Below the pieces are notes generated by a model. That model had not been told where the DNA came from. It made no database searches and saw only the letters and a program-made list of their open reading frames with translations. 64,000 bases of DNA from Nitrospirota bacterium (lineage in GTDB: Bacteria > Nitrospirota > Nitrospiria > SBBL01 > JAADHI01): positions 972 through 64,971 of the forward strand of contig JAJDBV010000015.1 of assembly GCA_029261165.1 (NCBI GenBank). Direction: 5' to 3'. The stretch's first letter is position 1. The number at the start of each line of letters is the position of its first letter. Positions 1-11,400 of this stretch are shown one piece after another. The position numbers and the translations under genes were made by a program.

Positions 1-159
1 GGAGTCTGTAAGTATTCTCGCTTTTGGGGGCGTCGTCGTTGTGCGCTATATTGTTGTCTTGCCGAGAACCGTCGGCGGGACATTTGTGAGGATTCAAACA
101 CCACGGGAACGTGACCATGGAACATGAGAAAGGTTCCATTACCAAAGGAGGTGAAGAAA

Positions 160-390
160 TTGGCAGTTGATGATCGTGTAAAGAAGATTATTTCTGAGCA
201 ACTGGGCGTGGAAGAAGGTGAAGTTGTCCTGGATGCTTCGTTCGTTGATGATCTTGGGGCAGATTCCTTAGATACCGTTGAACTGGTTATGGCGTTTGAG
301 GAGGAATTTGGCATTGAGATTCAGGATGAAGATGCTGAAAAAATACTCACTGTCAAAAATGCGATTGAATACATCAAAGAAAAAGTCTAG
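160..390 (+). CDS. acpP: Acyl carrier protein
   Basis: The ORF 124..390 contains the ACP signature [23 protein letters not shown], including the phosphopantetheine Ser in DSLD. AAAGGAGGTG at 145-154 sits 5 nt before TTG 160, which gives a canonical ~77-aa ACP. ATG 124 is an alternative start. Confidence 0.93.
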   Translation: MAVDDRVKKIISEQLGVEEGEVVLDASFVDDLGADSLDTVELVMAFEEEFGIEIQDEDAEKILTVKNAIEYIKEKV

Positions 391-423
391 TTTCGTCTGT
401 CTTTCACCGAATCAGGATGTCGT

Positions 424-440
424 CTGTTCTTATAGAACAG
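424..440 (+). terminator. Hairpin in the acpP-fabF spacer (possible partial terminator or attenuator)
   Basis: CTGTTC-ttata-GAACAG is a perfect 6-bp stem, 34 nt after the acpP stop. There is no strong U-tract, so the call is weak. Confidence 0.2.
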
Positions 441-593
441 TTCCAATACGGTGTGTTGTGCCGAATGGGTTCTCTCGGTTAAAGGGAGAGACCTAAGCCA
501 TTGTTCTATGCGGCGTAGCCGGATGACGCGTCTCGCGCTGTCAGGGAGCTAGAGACGAAGAGGGTGTGCCATATCCTCTGAAAAAGGTAGGGA

Positions 594-1841
<1,248 letters not shown>

Positions 1842-1893
1842 TTGCGAACAAAAAACCCCCTATTTCCGTTGCCTTCAGGACCTTTTATCTCCA

Positions 1894-2604
1894 ATGACAC
1901 CGAAAGATCTTAAATTCCTGGAAGAAGCGCTCTTCTATTCTTTTGATGCACCTACACGTCTTCGACAGGCATTGACGCATAAATCCTACCTGAACGAAAA
2001 TAGAGAGGCGGGCGTCAAGGATAATGAGCGCCTCGAGTTTTTAGGGGATGCTGTCCTTGGTCTGATCATTAGTGACGTTCTCATGGAGAGGTTCCCGAAT
2101 GCCTCTGAGGGAGATCTGTCCAAAATGAAGGCCAGGATCGTCAGCGAGGAAATCCTGGCCCGAATCGCAAGAGGAATCGATCTCGGATCTTTTCTCTACC
2201 TTGGGAAAGGGGAGGAGAGAACACTCGGGAAAGAAAAACCCTCTCTTTTGGCTGACGCGATGGAAGCGGTGATTGCCGCGATCTATCTGGACAGAGGGTT
2301 TATATTGGTCCGAGAGGTTGTTCTGAAGCAGTTCGAAGGACAGTTGAAGGAAGTGACCCTGTCCAGGGTTGCAGGCGATTATAAGACTGAACTTCAAGAG
2401 CAATGTCAAAAGAGGTTCGGGATCCTTCCTGTCTACGAGGTTATTCAGGAATCGGGGCCGGACCATCAAAAGCGATTTGAAATCGAGATACGAATCAACG
2501 AAGTGCCATATGGCGTCAGTACCGGGAACAGCAAGAAGGAGGCGGAGCAAGGTGCCGCAAAAATTGCTTTAGAGAGCCTCCGGGAATTTCCCCAGGTTCA
2601 ATGA
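1894..2604 (+). CDS. rnc: Ribonuclease III
   Basis: 236 aa with the RNase III signature NERLEFLGDAVLGL. The C-terminal dsRNA-binding domain contains DYKTELQEQCQKR...GPDHQKRFEIE...GNSKKEAEQGAA. Confidence 0.95.
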   Translation: MTPKDLKFLEEALFYSFDAPTRLRQALTHKSYLNENREAGVKDNERLEFLGDAVLGLIISDVLMERFPNASEGDLSKMKARIVSEEILARIARGIDLGSFLYLGKGEERTLGKEKPSLLADAMEAVIAAIYLDRGFILVREVVLKQFEGQLKEVTLSRVAGDYKTELQEQCQKRFGILPVYEVIQESGPDHQKRFEIEIRINEVPYGVSTGNSKKEAEQGAAKIALESLREFPQVQ

Positions 2605-2647
2605 GCGCATCATTTTCTTTCATGAACGCAATAATACTTTGCTAGTA

Positions 2648-2676
2648 TTGACATGTTCAGTATAAATCACTATCAT
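2648..2676 (+). promoter_or_regulatory. Sigma70-type promoter candidate for the 2799-11715 module
   Basis: TTGACA (2648-2653), an exact 17-nt spacer, then TATCAT (2671-2676). The inverted repeat AATACT-ttgct-AGTATT (2633-2649) overlaps the -35 box. A TTCATGAACGC motif lies at 2619-2629. Confidence 0.4.
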
Positions 2677-2798
2677 GCTTAGACTGGTGATCCTTAAAGA
2701 TGATCCGTTCCAATCAGATAATTGTATCCGGTTTGTACCAGCCATTAATTAATACGATAGATTTAAACTTGTAGTGGTTTTAGGGTAGGAGTAGAGCC

Positions 2799-2987
2799 AT
2801 GCACCCTCAGTTTAGACGTCGCTTGCGACCGATTGCTACAGTCATCCTGGTTTTCTTTTCCTGGTTTTGTATTGAGCCGTGGCATTATGCTGCCTTAGCC
2901 CAAACCTCACCTAGCATCCCCGCTCCTACGAAGTCTGCCGCTCAAAGATTCGACGATTCTCTTCGATCGGTTCAAAAGGCAATTTAA
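2799..2987 (+). CDS. 62-aa signal/anchor-bearing ORF, probably the detached N-terminus of the transglutaminase-like protein
   Basis: A good RBS (AGGAG) lies 7 nt before ATG 2799. The hydrophobic segment is IATVILVFFSWFCIEPWHYAALAQ. The ORF is in the same frame as 3060..5927 and is separated from it only by TAA 2985-2987. Confidence 0.45.
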   Translation: MHPQFRRRLRPIATVILVFFSWFCIEPWHYAALAQTSPSIPAPTKSAAQRFDDSLRSVQKAI

Positions 2988-3059
2988 AACCTGGGCCAGA
3001 AAGTTTCAGCAGGAGAGGATATTACCCTGACCCTGGCCGGGCTTAAAGAGCACCGTCTT

Positions 3060-5927
3060 GTGATTGAGGCTGCGGATCCGGAGATCCGGTCTGATTTTGC
3101 GGTGACGGAAGAGAAAATCAAGGCGGCCGGGCTTCCGGCGACCATATTGGCCCGGCATAATCAGGCTGTTGCCGACTATGTGGCAGAGTTTGCAAAGCTA
3201 CTTGGGAATTTTAAGGCGATCGAGCAGTTAGAGACAGCGCGAAAAGGAGCAGTAGCGAGTGGAAATTCAGTTGCGGCTCAAGCCAATCGGGATCAGCTTT
3301 TACAGCGGATTTTAGAAACGAAGATCCACTTAAGTGAAAAAGTCAAAAAAACACCCCATACGCCTCTCGATCCGAACAAGCTTCCGCATCGTACCCCGAA
3401 GGTGATAAAGCGAGCACCGAGACTGAACAAAGAAGAATTTACCGAGTTTCAAAATCCGGTTCAGCTTGCGTTTAATGGCGATCCTTCAACACTTCTATTA
3501 GTCCAGGCCAACCCGGATCTTCCGACACCTCAGGATCTTGCGGAAACCATTGAGGTGAAATTCACACAGGAGATACAGGATCTTGCAGCGAGTCTTGAGA
3601 ATAACCCGGTTAAGATCTACAATTGGGTTCGGAACAATATTGAATTTGTTCCGACCTATGGAAGTATCCAGGGAGCCTCGATGTGTTTGCAAACCAAAAA
3701 GTGTAATGATATGGATACGGCATCACTGCTGATTGCTCTTTTGAGGACTTCCGGTATTTCGGCCCGATATGCGGTAGGGACGGTTGAGATTCCCATCGAT
3801 CAGGCCATGAACTGGGTAGGCGGTTTTACCGATGTCCCGTCAGGTCTCAGCTTCATCACCAGTGGGGGGACGCCGCTGATAAGTCTTAACTCAGGTGGAA
3901 AGACCGTCGCAGCCAAAATCGAGCATATCTGGGTGGAGGCATATATCGATTATATTCCGTCACGAGGGGCAGTCCATAATCAAGGTGATACCTGGGTGCC
4001 GATGGATGCGAGCTTCAAACAATATACATATACGGAGGGGGTTGATCTTCAAACGGCCGTCCCATTTGATGCGCAGGCTTTTTTTGACGAGATTAATGCT
4101 ACAGGGACAATCGATGAAGCCCAAAGCTCAGCAACAGGCCTGAGTCAAGAATTGATCAAGAGCAAGTTAGATGCCCGGACCCTGCAACTGGAAACTTTCT
4201 TCACGGCAAACATGCCGAATGCAACGGTTGCAGATGTGTTAGGAAGTAAAACGATTGTTCCTGAAACTTTTGGATTTGTGCCTTCCGCATTACCCTACAA
4301 GCTGGTTGTAAACGGAGGAAACTTCAGTGAAGTCTCAGATGCGTTAAGACACAAGGTCCGCTTTCGAATAACAGGGGATGTAGGGGTGACCTCATTGACC
4401 CATGAAGTCACTGTCCCAGAGTTAGCTGGGAAGCGTATTACGCTGGGCTACCTTGCTGCTACACCGGAGGACCAACAGGTTATAGACGCAAACTCAGGGG
4501 TGACTGGTTTGCCTGCATATCTTATTAATCTTGTCCCCATTCTAAGGCTTGAGGGGACTGAAATCGCCAGAGGTGGATCTGTAGGGATGGGAAAAACGGA
4601 ACAGTTCTTGATGGATTTTACTGTGCCAGGGCCTGCTGGAGGAGTAGACGTCGTCCAAAATTTGGTGACGGCAGGGGCTTATTATGCAATAGGACTTGAT
4701 CCACAAAAGATCTCCTCTGCTCAACTTGATGATTTGCAAGCTCGCATGGAGCTGCTGAAAACACAGATGGCAAATGATCCGACCTTTATTCCCGACTCAG
4801 ATGAGGTTATCGGACAACTTCTTCATGTAACGGTGATGGGGTATTTTGCTGAGCTTGATAACTATCAAGCCGTATTGGGTAGCCTTGCAAAAGTCCTTCA
4901 TCTGAAGCCGAGCACCTCCGCCGGGATTGCATCTGTGGATTTAGACGTCAGTTTACTGTTTGGAGTCCCTTTTGAGGCAAGCACAAGCGGCGGAATGATT
5001 CTGGATGTGGATCGTATTATTATCGCGCCATTATCTATAACGGGAGAAACGAATAACGCGATTAGCTTTGTGAGAGGGTCTGGGTTCTTAGCATCGGCAC
5101 TGGAGTTTGCTGTGTTTGAACAGCTTTGGAAAAGCTCTAATATTAAGGGGATTTCATCAACGAAGGCGTTAGAGCTGGCAAACCAGCTCAATATGCCTAT
5201 TTATAGGATTACGCAACAGAATATCGCACAAGTATTGCCGCTGCTGACTGTTCCCCAGGCAGTTGAAGATGACATTGTCAATGGGATTAATGCCGGCAAG
5301 GAGGTGACCATCCCTCAAGGAGAAGTATCACTAGGTCAGTGGTCAGGGGTGGGGTACATTGTGGAAGATCCTCAGACGGGAGCTGCAGCCTATCTTATCA
5401 GTGGAGGATTGGCAGGTGGAGCAACCGTTGATAAAAATGGCCTTCTCATCGGGGTTTCTAATAACTTAATTGGGGAGGTCTTTGAAAAGACTGCGGGTGA
5501 AGGCTTTGGTCTTTTTTTCGCTGGTTTGAATTGGGTGGTGGGACTTAAGACCATTCTGATAACGCCTAATCTGAGTGTTTTTGAGCGTGCATTCCTTTCC
5601 CTGCTTCCAAGTTTTGAACTCGCTTTAAGTATTTGGGTATTACTTTTTAGTAGTTTTACGGTGGGGGCGGCAATAGCTATTGGAGTTATTGCGGCAGTAA
5701 TCGTCGGGTTAGCATTTAAAATAGTGCTTACTAACTTTTCTGCTTCCACAGCCATCTTCGATTTATTCAGAAAACTATTCCGATACGCGATGCGTACGCA
5801 AGAACCGATTGATCTCGCTCAGAGAGCGGGGATTCAGACACAGAAAATCAGGTTGGTTGATACGTTACATGCAAAATCTATTCATCCACGTGCACCCCCT
5901 AAGTTTCTAGCAGCGTCATTTACATGA
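3060..5927 (+). CDS. Large transglutaminase-core (Cys-His-Asp) domain protein with a C-terminal membrane anchor
   Basis: 955 aa. The papain-like transglutaminase triad context is KKCNDMDTASLLIALLRTSGISARYAVG (Cys), IEHIWVEAYIDY (His) and TWVPMDASF (Asp). There are about 3 C-terminal TM helices (GFGLFFAGLNWVVGL, LALSIWVLLFSSF, AAIAIGVIAAVIVGLAF). The GTG start has only a weak RBS. Confidence 0.85.
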   Translation: MIEAADPEIRSDFAVTEEKIKAAGLPATILARHNQAVADYVAEFAKLLGNFKAIEQLETARKGAVASGNSVAAQANRDQLLQRILETKIHLSEKVKKTPHTPLDPNKLPHRTPKVIKRAPRLNKEEFTEFQNPVQLAFNGDPSTLLLVQANPDLPTPQDLAETIEVKFTQEIQDLAASLENNPVKIYNWVRNNIEFVPTYGSIQGASMCLQTKKCNDMDTASLLIALLRTSGISARYAVGTVEIPIDQAMNWVGGFTDVPSGLSFITSGGTPLISLNSGGKTVAAKIEHIWVEAYIDYIPSRGAVHNQGDTWVPMDASFKQYTYTEGVDLQTAVPFDAQAFFDEINATGTIDEAQSSATGLSQELIKSKLDARTLQLETFFTANMPNATVADVLGSKTIVPETFGFVPSALPYKLVVNGGNFSEVSDALRHKVRFRITGDVGVTSLTHEVTVPELAGKRITLGYLAATPEDQQVIDANSGVTGLPAYLINLVPILRLEGTEIARGGSVGMGKTEQFLMDFTVPGPAGGVDVVQNLVTAGAYYAIGLDPQKISSAQLDDLQARMELLKTQMANDPTFIPDSDEVIGQLLHVTVMGYFAELDNYQAVLGSLAKVLHLKPSTSAGIASVDLDVSLLFGVPFEASTSGGMILDVDRIIIAPLSITGETNNAISFVRGSGFLASALEFAVFEQLWKSSNIKGISSTKALELANQLNMPIYRITQQNIAQVLPLLTVPQAVEDDIVNGINAGKEVTIPQGEVSLGQWSGVGYIVEDPQTGAAAYLISGGLAGGATVDKNGLLIGVSNNLIGEVFEKTAGEGFGLFFAGLNWVVGLKTILITPNLSVFERAFLSLLPSFELALSIWVLLFSSFTVGAAIAIGVIAAVIVGLAFKIVLTNFSASTAIFDLFRKLFRYAMRTQEPIDLAQRAGIQTQKIRLVDTLHAKSIHPRAPPKFLAASFT

Positions 5928-5958
5928 TGCTCTTGGGTAAACCTGTTTTTTAAAGGGA

Positions 5959-6486
5959 TTGTCGTATATGGAGAAAGTATATCCATCTCGGTTTTTTGAA
6001 ACCTTCACGTATATCGCGCTAATGATGATTGGTTTATTTGTATTCCTTGATATCTATCTTATTTTTGTCAAGGGAAAGTCAGTGAGTGATGACTTAATTT
6101 TGGCTGAGTTTGGTGTTCTTGCCATGCTCGTCCTTGTTAAAATGTGTCTTTATTCGCAGAAAGTTGTTTTGAATGATCAAGGCATTACCTGTCACTACCG
6201 GTTATTTAAGAAAACTTCGTACAGTTTTAAATGGGAGGATATCAAAAAAATTACCGGTCAATTTAGTAATCTCCATATACACATTGGTGAAAACATTACC
6301 CTTCATCGCTCCACGGACAAACTTCCAAAACGCTACTTTTTTAAAGAAAGAGAGAGAGTCCCAGTTACAAATTCATATTGTAACTTTGAATCCTTGGTCG
6401 TTGAGATTGTGAAGCGCGCCAAAGTTGCTACTGTAGATGAAAGTGTGAAGAAATTTATCTCAAAGCATAGTCATGCAGAAAATTAA
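5959..6486 (+). CDS. Small 2-TM membrane protein with a soluble C-terminal domain (hypothetical)
   Basis: 175 aa (TTG 5959; alternative ATG 5968, which lies 9 nt after AAGGGA). The two hydrophobic helices are [22 protein letters not shown] and [18 protein letters not shown]. It is markedly AT-rich compared with its neighbours, and its 3' end overlaps the next gene by 14 nt. Confidence 0.6.
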   Translation: MSYMEKVYPSRFFETFTYIALMMIGLFVFLDIYLIFVKGKSVSDDLILAEFGVLAMLVLVKMCLYSQKVVLNDQGITCHYRLFKKTSYSFKWEDIKKITGQFSNLHIHIGENITLHRSTDKLPKRYFFKERERVPVTNSYCNFESLVVEIVKRAKVATVDESVKKFISKHSHAEN

Positions 6487-8434
6487 TCTTACAATTGCGC
6501 TGAGTTTTACTATTTTTTTGGCGGCCATTGCGCCGGTCAACGCCCAGCAGGCGACCATCGATAGCGGGCTCACCTACCTTCAATCGACGCAGTTGATTGA
6601 AGGCAACTGGAGCGAGACGGCAACATCACTGAACAGTCCCTTTCAGACCACAACTGCCGCTGCCCGCACATTTCAATTGGTAAGCCCGACCAACCCTGCA
6701 TTAACCAGTGCCATAACCTTTCTCTCAACCCAGCCCCCAAACACCGTTGACGACCTTGCCCAACAGCTTGAAGTTCTGGCAGTCTCCGGTGCCTCAGTCA
6801 CGAACCTTGTAACCACCGTTAAGGCTGCCCAGCGAACAGACGGCGGCTGGGGAATCGATCTTAATGGAACCTTCCAAAGCGAAGTCATCGACACCCTCTC
6901 GGCACTGGGTGCACTCGAAGTTGCTAATTCTGCTGATACGACCACAACTTCCAAGGCAATCGGATACCTGCTGGGAACCCAGAATACGGATGGTGGTTGG
7001 GGTGGCACATCGGGCCAGCCGAGTGAAACCTTTTATACCGCCATTGCAGTTCTGATTCTTAAACCTTTTCAGGTCACCTTTGGATTGAGCAACCAGATCG
7101 TCTCGGCAAGCACCTTTCTGATAAGTAAGCAGAACATCGACGGAGGCTTTGGAACTGCCTTTGAGACCGCCCTGGCCTTGCAGGCGATGCTTCGAACAGT
7201 CGTCGACCCGGTTAAACTGAGTAACGCTGTAAACTATCTGACCGCAACTCAGTCGCTTGGTGGGAGCTGGGATGATGATGTCTATTCGACAGCACTGGTG
7301 CTTCGGGCTCTCAATGACAGCCTCTCGGTGGGTCAGGATATCGACAATGATGGAGACGGAATAACAGAGAACCAAGGGGATTGCGATGATACCAATGCGA
7401 GCATCTTCCCGGGTGCCGCTGATCTGACGGTAGATGGGATTGATCAGAACTGCGACGGGATTGACGGCCCGGTCACCAGCACTCTGGATTCAGACGGCGA
7501 TGGCTTCACCCCGATTGATGGGGACTGTAATGATGCGAATGGGAATATCCATCCGGGAGCGGTCGATATCCCCAATAACGGGATTGACGAGAACTGCGAC
7601 GGGGTCGATGCAACTGTCACGACCATTAATCTCACATCGATCACCACATTAGAGGTTGTCGGCGGCACCAACATTCCGGCGACGACATTCGGACCTTTCG
7701 AGACGCTGATCATCGACATCGGGGTTAGCGAACTGGACATCCCGATTAATCTCTTTATCTCAGATGCAACCGGAACGATATTGCAGACGTTGGATGTCCG
7801 TCCTGAGGGAACGGATCAGTTCCCATTCAACACCCATAGTCTTGCCCCTGGGCTTTATACGATCACCGCCCAGGCGATGGATCCGGGTGGGTCAGGTCTC
7901 ATCCTGGATGAGATGACCTCCTCGCTAACGGTCAATCCTGTCGTTGATCTTCCTGAGGCCATCCTGGGCATCTTCCCGGAATTTTCGAATGTCACAGCCA
8001 CCGAAGAAGAGAGGGTCGGCGTAGTGATCTCCAACCGCTCTAATATCCCGGTAACCGTCACGATAGACCATGAAGTGAAGAACCCCTCGGGGGTTTTGAT
8101 CAACAGCGGGTTGACATCAATTACGCTCAATCCACCGGATCCGACCCTGCCAACAACCTCTTCAGACTTCTTCCGGGGCAAAGGGGTTTCGGAACAGCCG
8201 CCGAGTACGGTCATTCTGAGTCAATTCACGCACACGTTTACCGAAAGCGGGGTGCATCCGGTTGTCGCCACCATCTTTATCGATACGACATTACAGATGA
8301 CCTTAAACGGGAGCATCACTGCTGCTCCTGCGATCCGGATTGATCCGAGCAAAAGCCTCGTCCCCGGGGTCATTCCCCCGAGTGAAGACAAGCAGATTCG
8401 GATAGATATCCACCTGGAGGGGGTAGAGCCATGA
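6473..8434 (+). CDS. Secreted protein with prenyltransferase/terpene-cyclase-like alpha/alpha-toroid repeats, two Cys-rich DCDD...NCDG repeats and Ig-like C-terminal domains
   Basis: 653 aa. The signal peptide is [26 protein letters not shown]. QxxDGGWG-type repeats recur ([34 protein letters not shown]). Two tandem ~48-aa Cys-rich units are present ([14 protein letters not shown]...DQNCDGIDG and [14 protein letters not shown]...DENCDGVDA). Confidence 0.8.
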   Translation: MQKINLTIALSFTIFLAAIAPVNAQQATIDSGLTYLQSTQLIEGNWSETATSLNSPFQTTTAAARTFQLVSPTNPALTSAITFLSTQPPNTVDDLAQQLEVLAVSGASVTNLVTTVKAAQRTDGGWGIDLNGTFQSEVIDTLSALGALEVANSADTTTTSKAIGYLLGTQNTDGGWGGTSGQPSETFYTAIAVLILKPFQVTFGLSNQIVSASTFLISKQNIDGGFGTAFETALALQAMLRTVVDPVKLSNAVNYLTATQSLGGSWDDDVYSTALVLRALNDSLSVGQDIDNDGDGITENQGDCDDTNASIFPGAADLTVDGIDQNCDGIDGPVTSTLDSDGDGFTPIDGDCNDANGNIHPGAVDIPNNGIDENCDGVDATVTTINLTSITTLEVVGGTNIPATTFGPFETLIIDIGVSELDIPINLFISDATGTILQTLDVRPEGTDQFPFNTHSLAPGLYTITAQAMDPGGSGLILDEMTSSLTVNPVVDLPEAILGIFPEFSNVTATEEERVGVVISNRSNIPVTVTIDHEVKNPSGVLINSGLTSITLNPPDPTLPTTSSDFFRGKGVSEQPPSTVILSQFTHTFTESGVHPVVATIFIDTTLQMTLNGSITAAPAIRIDPSKSLVPGVIPPSEDKQIRIDIHLEGVEP

Positions 8435-11400
8435 TGCGAAGAGCCCTTCACCTGCTGATGTTCATCCCCGTGATGGCGGTTTTGGTTTTCCCGTCGATTG
8501 GATCATCACAAAGTCGTGTTGAGCTTGGGCCCGAGTTCCGGATCACTCAAAATCCGGAATGGTCATCACTTCCGGCAATTGCAATCGATTCTGCCGATCA
8601 AGTCCACCTTTCGTGGGCCGAGGACATGATTATTAACGGCTGGTTCAGGAAGACGGTCTATAAGAAGCTCGATCTTGCAAACCCTCTCAGTCTGCCGATC
8701 TCGATTTCAGAAGGAATCGGTCAATTTTCGGCCGATTCTGTCATGGCGGTTGGGCCGGGAGATCGGGTGCATATCGAATGGCACAATTGGCGGTTTGCGA
8801 CAGAGGAGATGATGCATGTCTCCGTCTCAAGCAGCGGTCAGCTTGGCCCTCCCTTTTTAATGACCAACACCGGCGGTGTAAACACCGATGTTCCAAGGAT
8901 AGCGGTTGATGCAAACCATGGGATCCATATCCTCTATTCTTCCGAGCATGGCAGAGGGCGTGGCATCTTTAATCTCTTCTACCAGAAATTCACCTATAAT
9001 CCGACCACAGACCAGATGATTAAAGAGGCCTTGGTTCCAATTACGAGCGATGGGGGAGGGATCCAGATCGGTGATTTGGCACTTGATTCATTGGGAGATA
9101 TTCATATTGTCTGGAGTGATGATGGGGGTGTGATTAATTATACTAAGTTAAACGGGATAAGTGGTGCGATTCTGGTCCCTCTCGTTCAAGTCAGTGCGAC
9201 ATCGTCAGGTTGGCCGGAAGTTGCGGTTGATAAATCGGAGCATGTCCATATCGTCTGGTACCAGTCGGGAGATATTTTCTACAAAAAGCTTGGGATAAAT
9301 GGAGAAACATTGATCCCGAATAAGCTTGTCACTTTGACTGTTCCCCTGTCGAACCAACCCGGCATTGCAATAGACTCCAAAGGGAACCCACAGATTGTGT
9401 GGGTGGAGGAAGATATACTGGGTAAGAATTTTGAAATGTTCTACACGGCGTTGAACGGGCAAAACGGGACAAAGTTAATACCTGATATGATGGTTACCTC
9501 AGACGATCAATTCAACTCATTATGGGGTTGGCCTGCGATCGCAATCGATTCAAAAGATATTGTCCATGTGACCTGGATAGAGGACAAGCACCGAGATCTT
9601 GCAAACATAAGCGATCAAAACCGGGAGATCTATTATCGGCAGATCATCCCGATGAGTTCCTTTAGTAATGTTCGTATCATTGATACCTTCTCGAATACGA
9701 ACATTGATCTGGTTCAGGACTCATTTGCAAGGCCGCCGTTTAGCATGACGACAACGCTTGATCAGACCGCTGTGGAGTGGCGGTTTGATACTTTCTCGAT
9801 CGAGCAGATTGAAGACCTTTCCTTTGACGTGACCATAAGGAATCCATTTCCTGGAGAGAGCCGGCTGGTCAACCATAAGCTTGAACTCTTCTATGATGAT
9901 ATTAACGGCAATCCGGTCCAAACCGTACTTGGCCCGCAATCGGTTGATGTCCTATCGAGTGTCTTTACACCCACGTTATCGACAAACAAGGCGTTATTTA
10001 CCGCCAATGAAGATGTCCTGATCGCTCTATCGATTTCCAACCTTGGAAACTTAAGCCGCACGATCGATACCGTAGTGGAGATCGAGGATAGTCTCGGCAA
10101 TCCGGTGCATACTGTAGCGACATTGCCCGCCGAGGCATTTTTGGCCGGTGTGACAAAGAGCTTCCCAGGTCTTATCTTCAATACCGGAAGTACGTTTGCG
10201 GGAGACTACCGTGTTCATGTCCGGTTGATTGAAGCTGGAATAGATGTGGGAGAAGTATTTGCCAACTTCACCATCGCCCCTGTAAAACAGGCAGCCTCTA
10301 CGATCGTTACGGATAAGATTTCCTACTCATCGAATGAAACGGTTACCCTGAGTCCCTTGGTAATCAGCCAGAGCCCCAATGCTACACTTACGAATTTGAA
10401 TGCAACCGTAACGGTAAGCGATTCTCTCGACGTCCTTCTCTTCACCGAGTCCCGGGCCTTGGCGGACTTGCTTCCCGGAGCCGGATTTTCGTATAACGCA
10501 TTTTTTAATACATCAACCCTTCCTGCCGGGCTCTACACCACGACGCTTCAGGTCAATACCAATGGTATTCCTCTAACCACATCGACAGCCGATTTTGAGA
10601 TCATCTCCAGCTTGGAGCAGGCGAATGCTCTATCGGGAACATTGACGGTCAATCCCGGCAGTATTTTTGAGACGGAGAGTACGATCCTGACCTACACTAT
10701 CCAGAATACAGGCAACGAATTTGATCTTCCGCTAATTTCAATTGAAATCCTCGTGGTCGATCCCAACAGTCAAAATCCGATTCGGACCCTGACCGATCAG
10801 ACAGGTCTGAACGGCCGGGAGGTCTTCATTAGGAGTATTCTGTTTAACAGTGAGGATCTTAACCCGAGAGATTACCTGCTGATCCTTAGGGGGACTACAG
10901 CGGGGATAACGCAGACCCTGGATAGTGCTGGATTGCAGGTAAAGCGGATTCCGAACACAGCTCCGACGGCGAATGCCGGAGTAGACCAGAATGCGTTGAC
11001 CAGCCAGGTAATTTTGTTGGATGGCTCCTTAAGCTCCGATGATGAGGGAGATCCGTTGACATTCAAATGGGATTTTGCCTCGAAACCTGCAGCAAGCACA
11101 TTAACGCAAGCCTCAATTACCAACAATGGATCGTCTACCCCGACCTTTATCCCGGATGTGGAAGGAGTTTATATCATGAGTCTGGTAGTTAATGACGGAT
11201 TATTAGACAGTGCAATCGACACCGTCTCGGTCTTCGTCAATCCCGCGCCTGATATTGATATTCATCCCGAAGTGATTAACTTAAAGAGTAATGGGGCCTC
11301 AAAATCAATCACCGGGGTCTTAAGCTCTCCTGCCCTATCGGCCTTTGAGTTTTTCACGGCTGCAGACGGGTTAACTGTAACAGCAACATTCCGGATCGAG

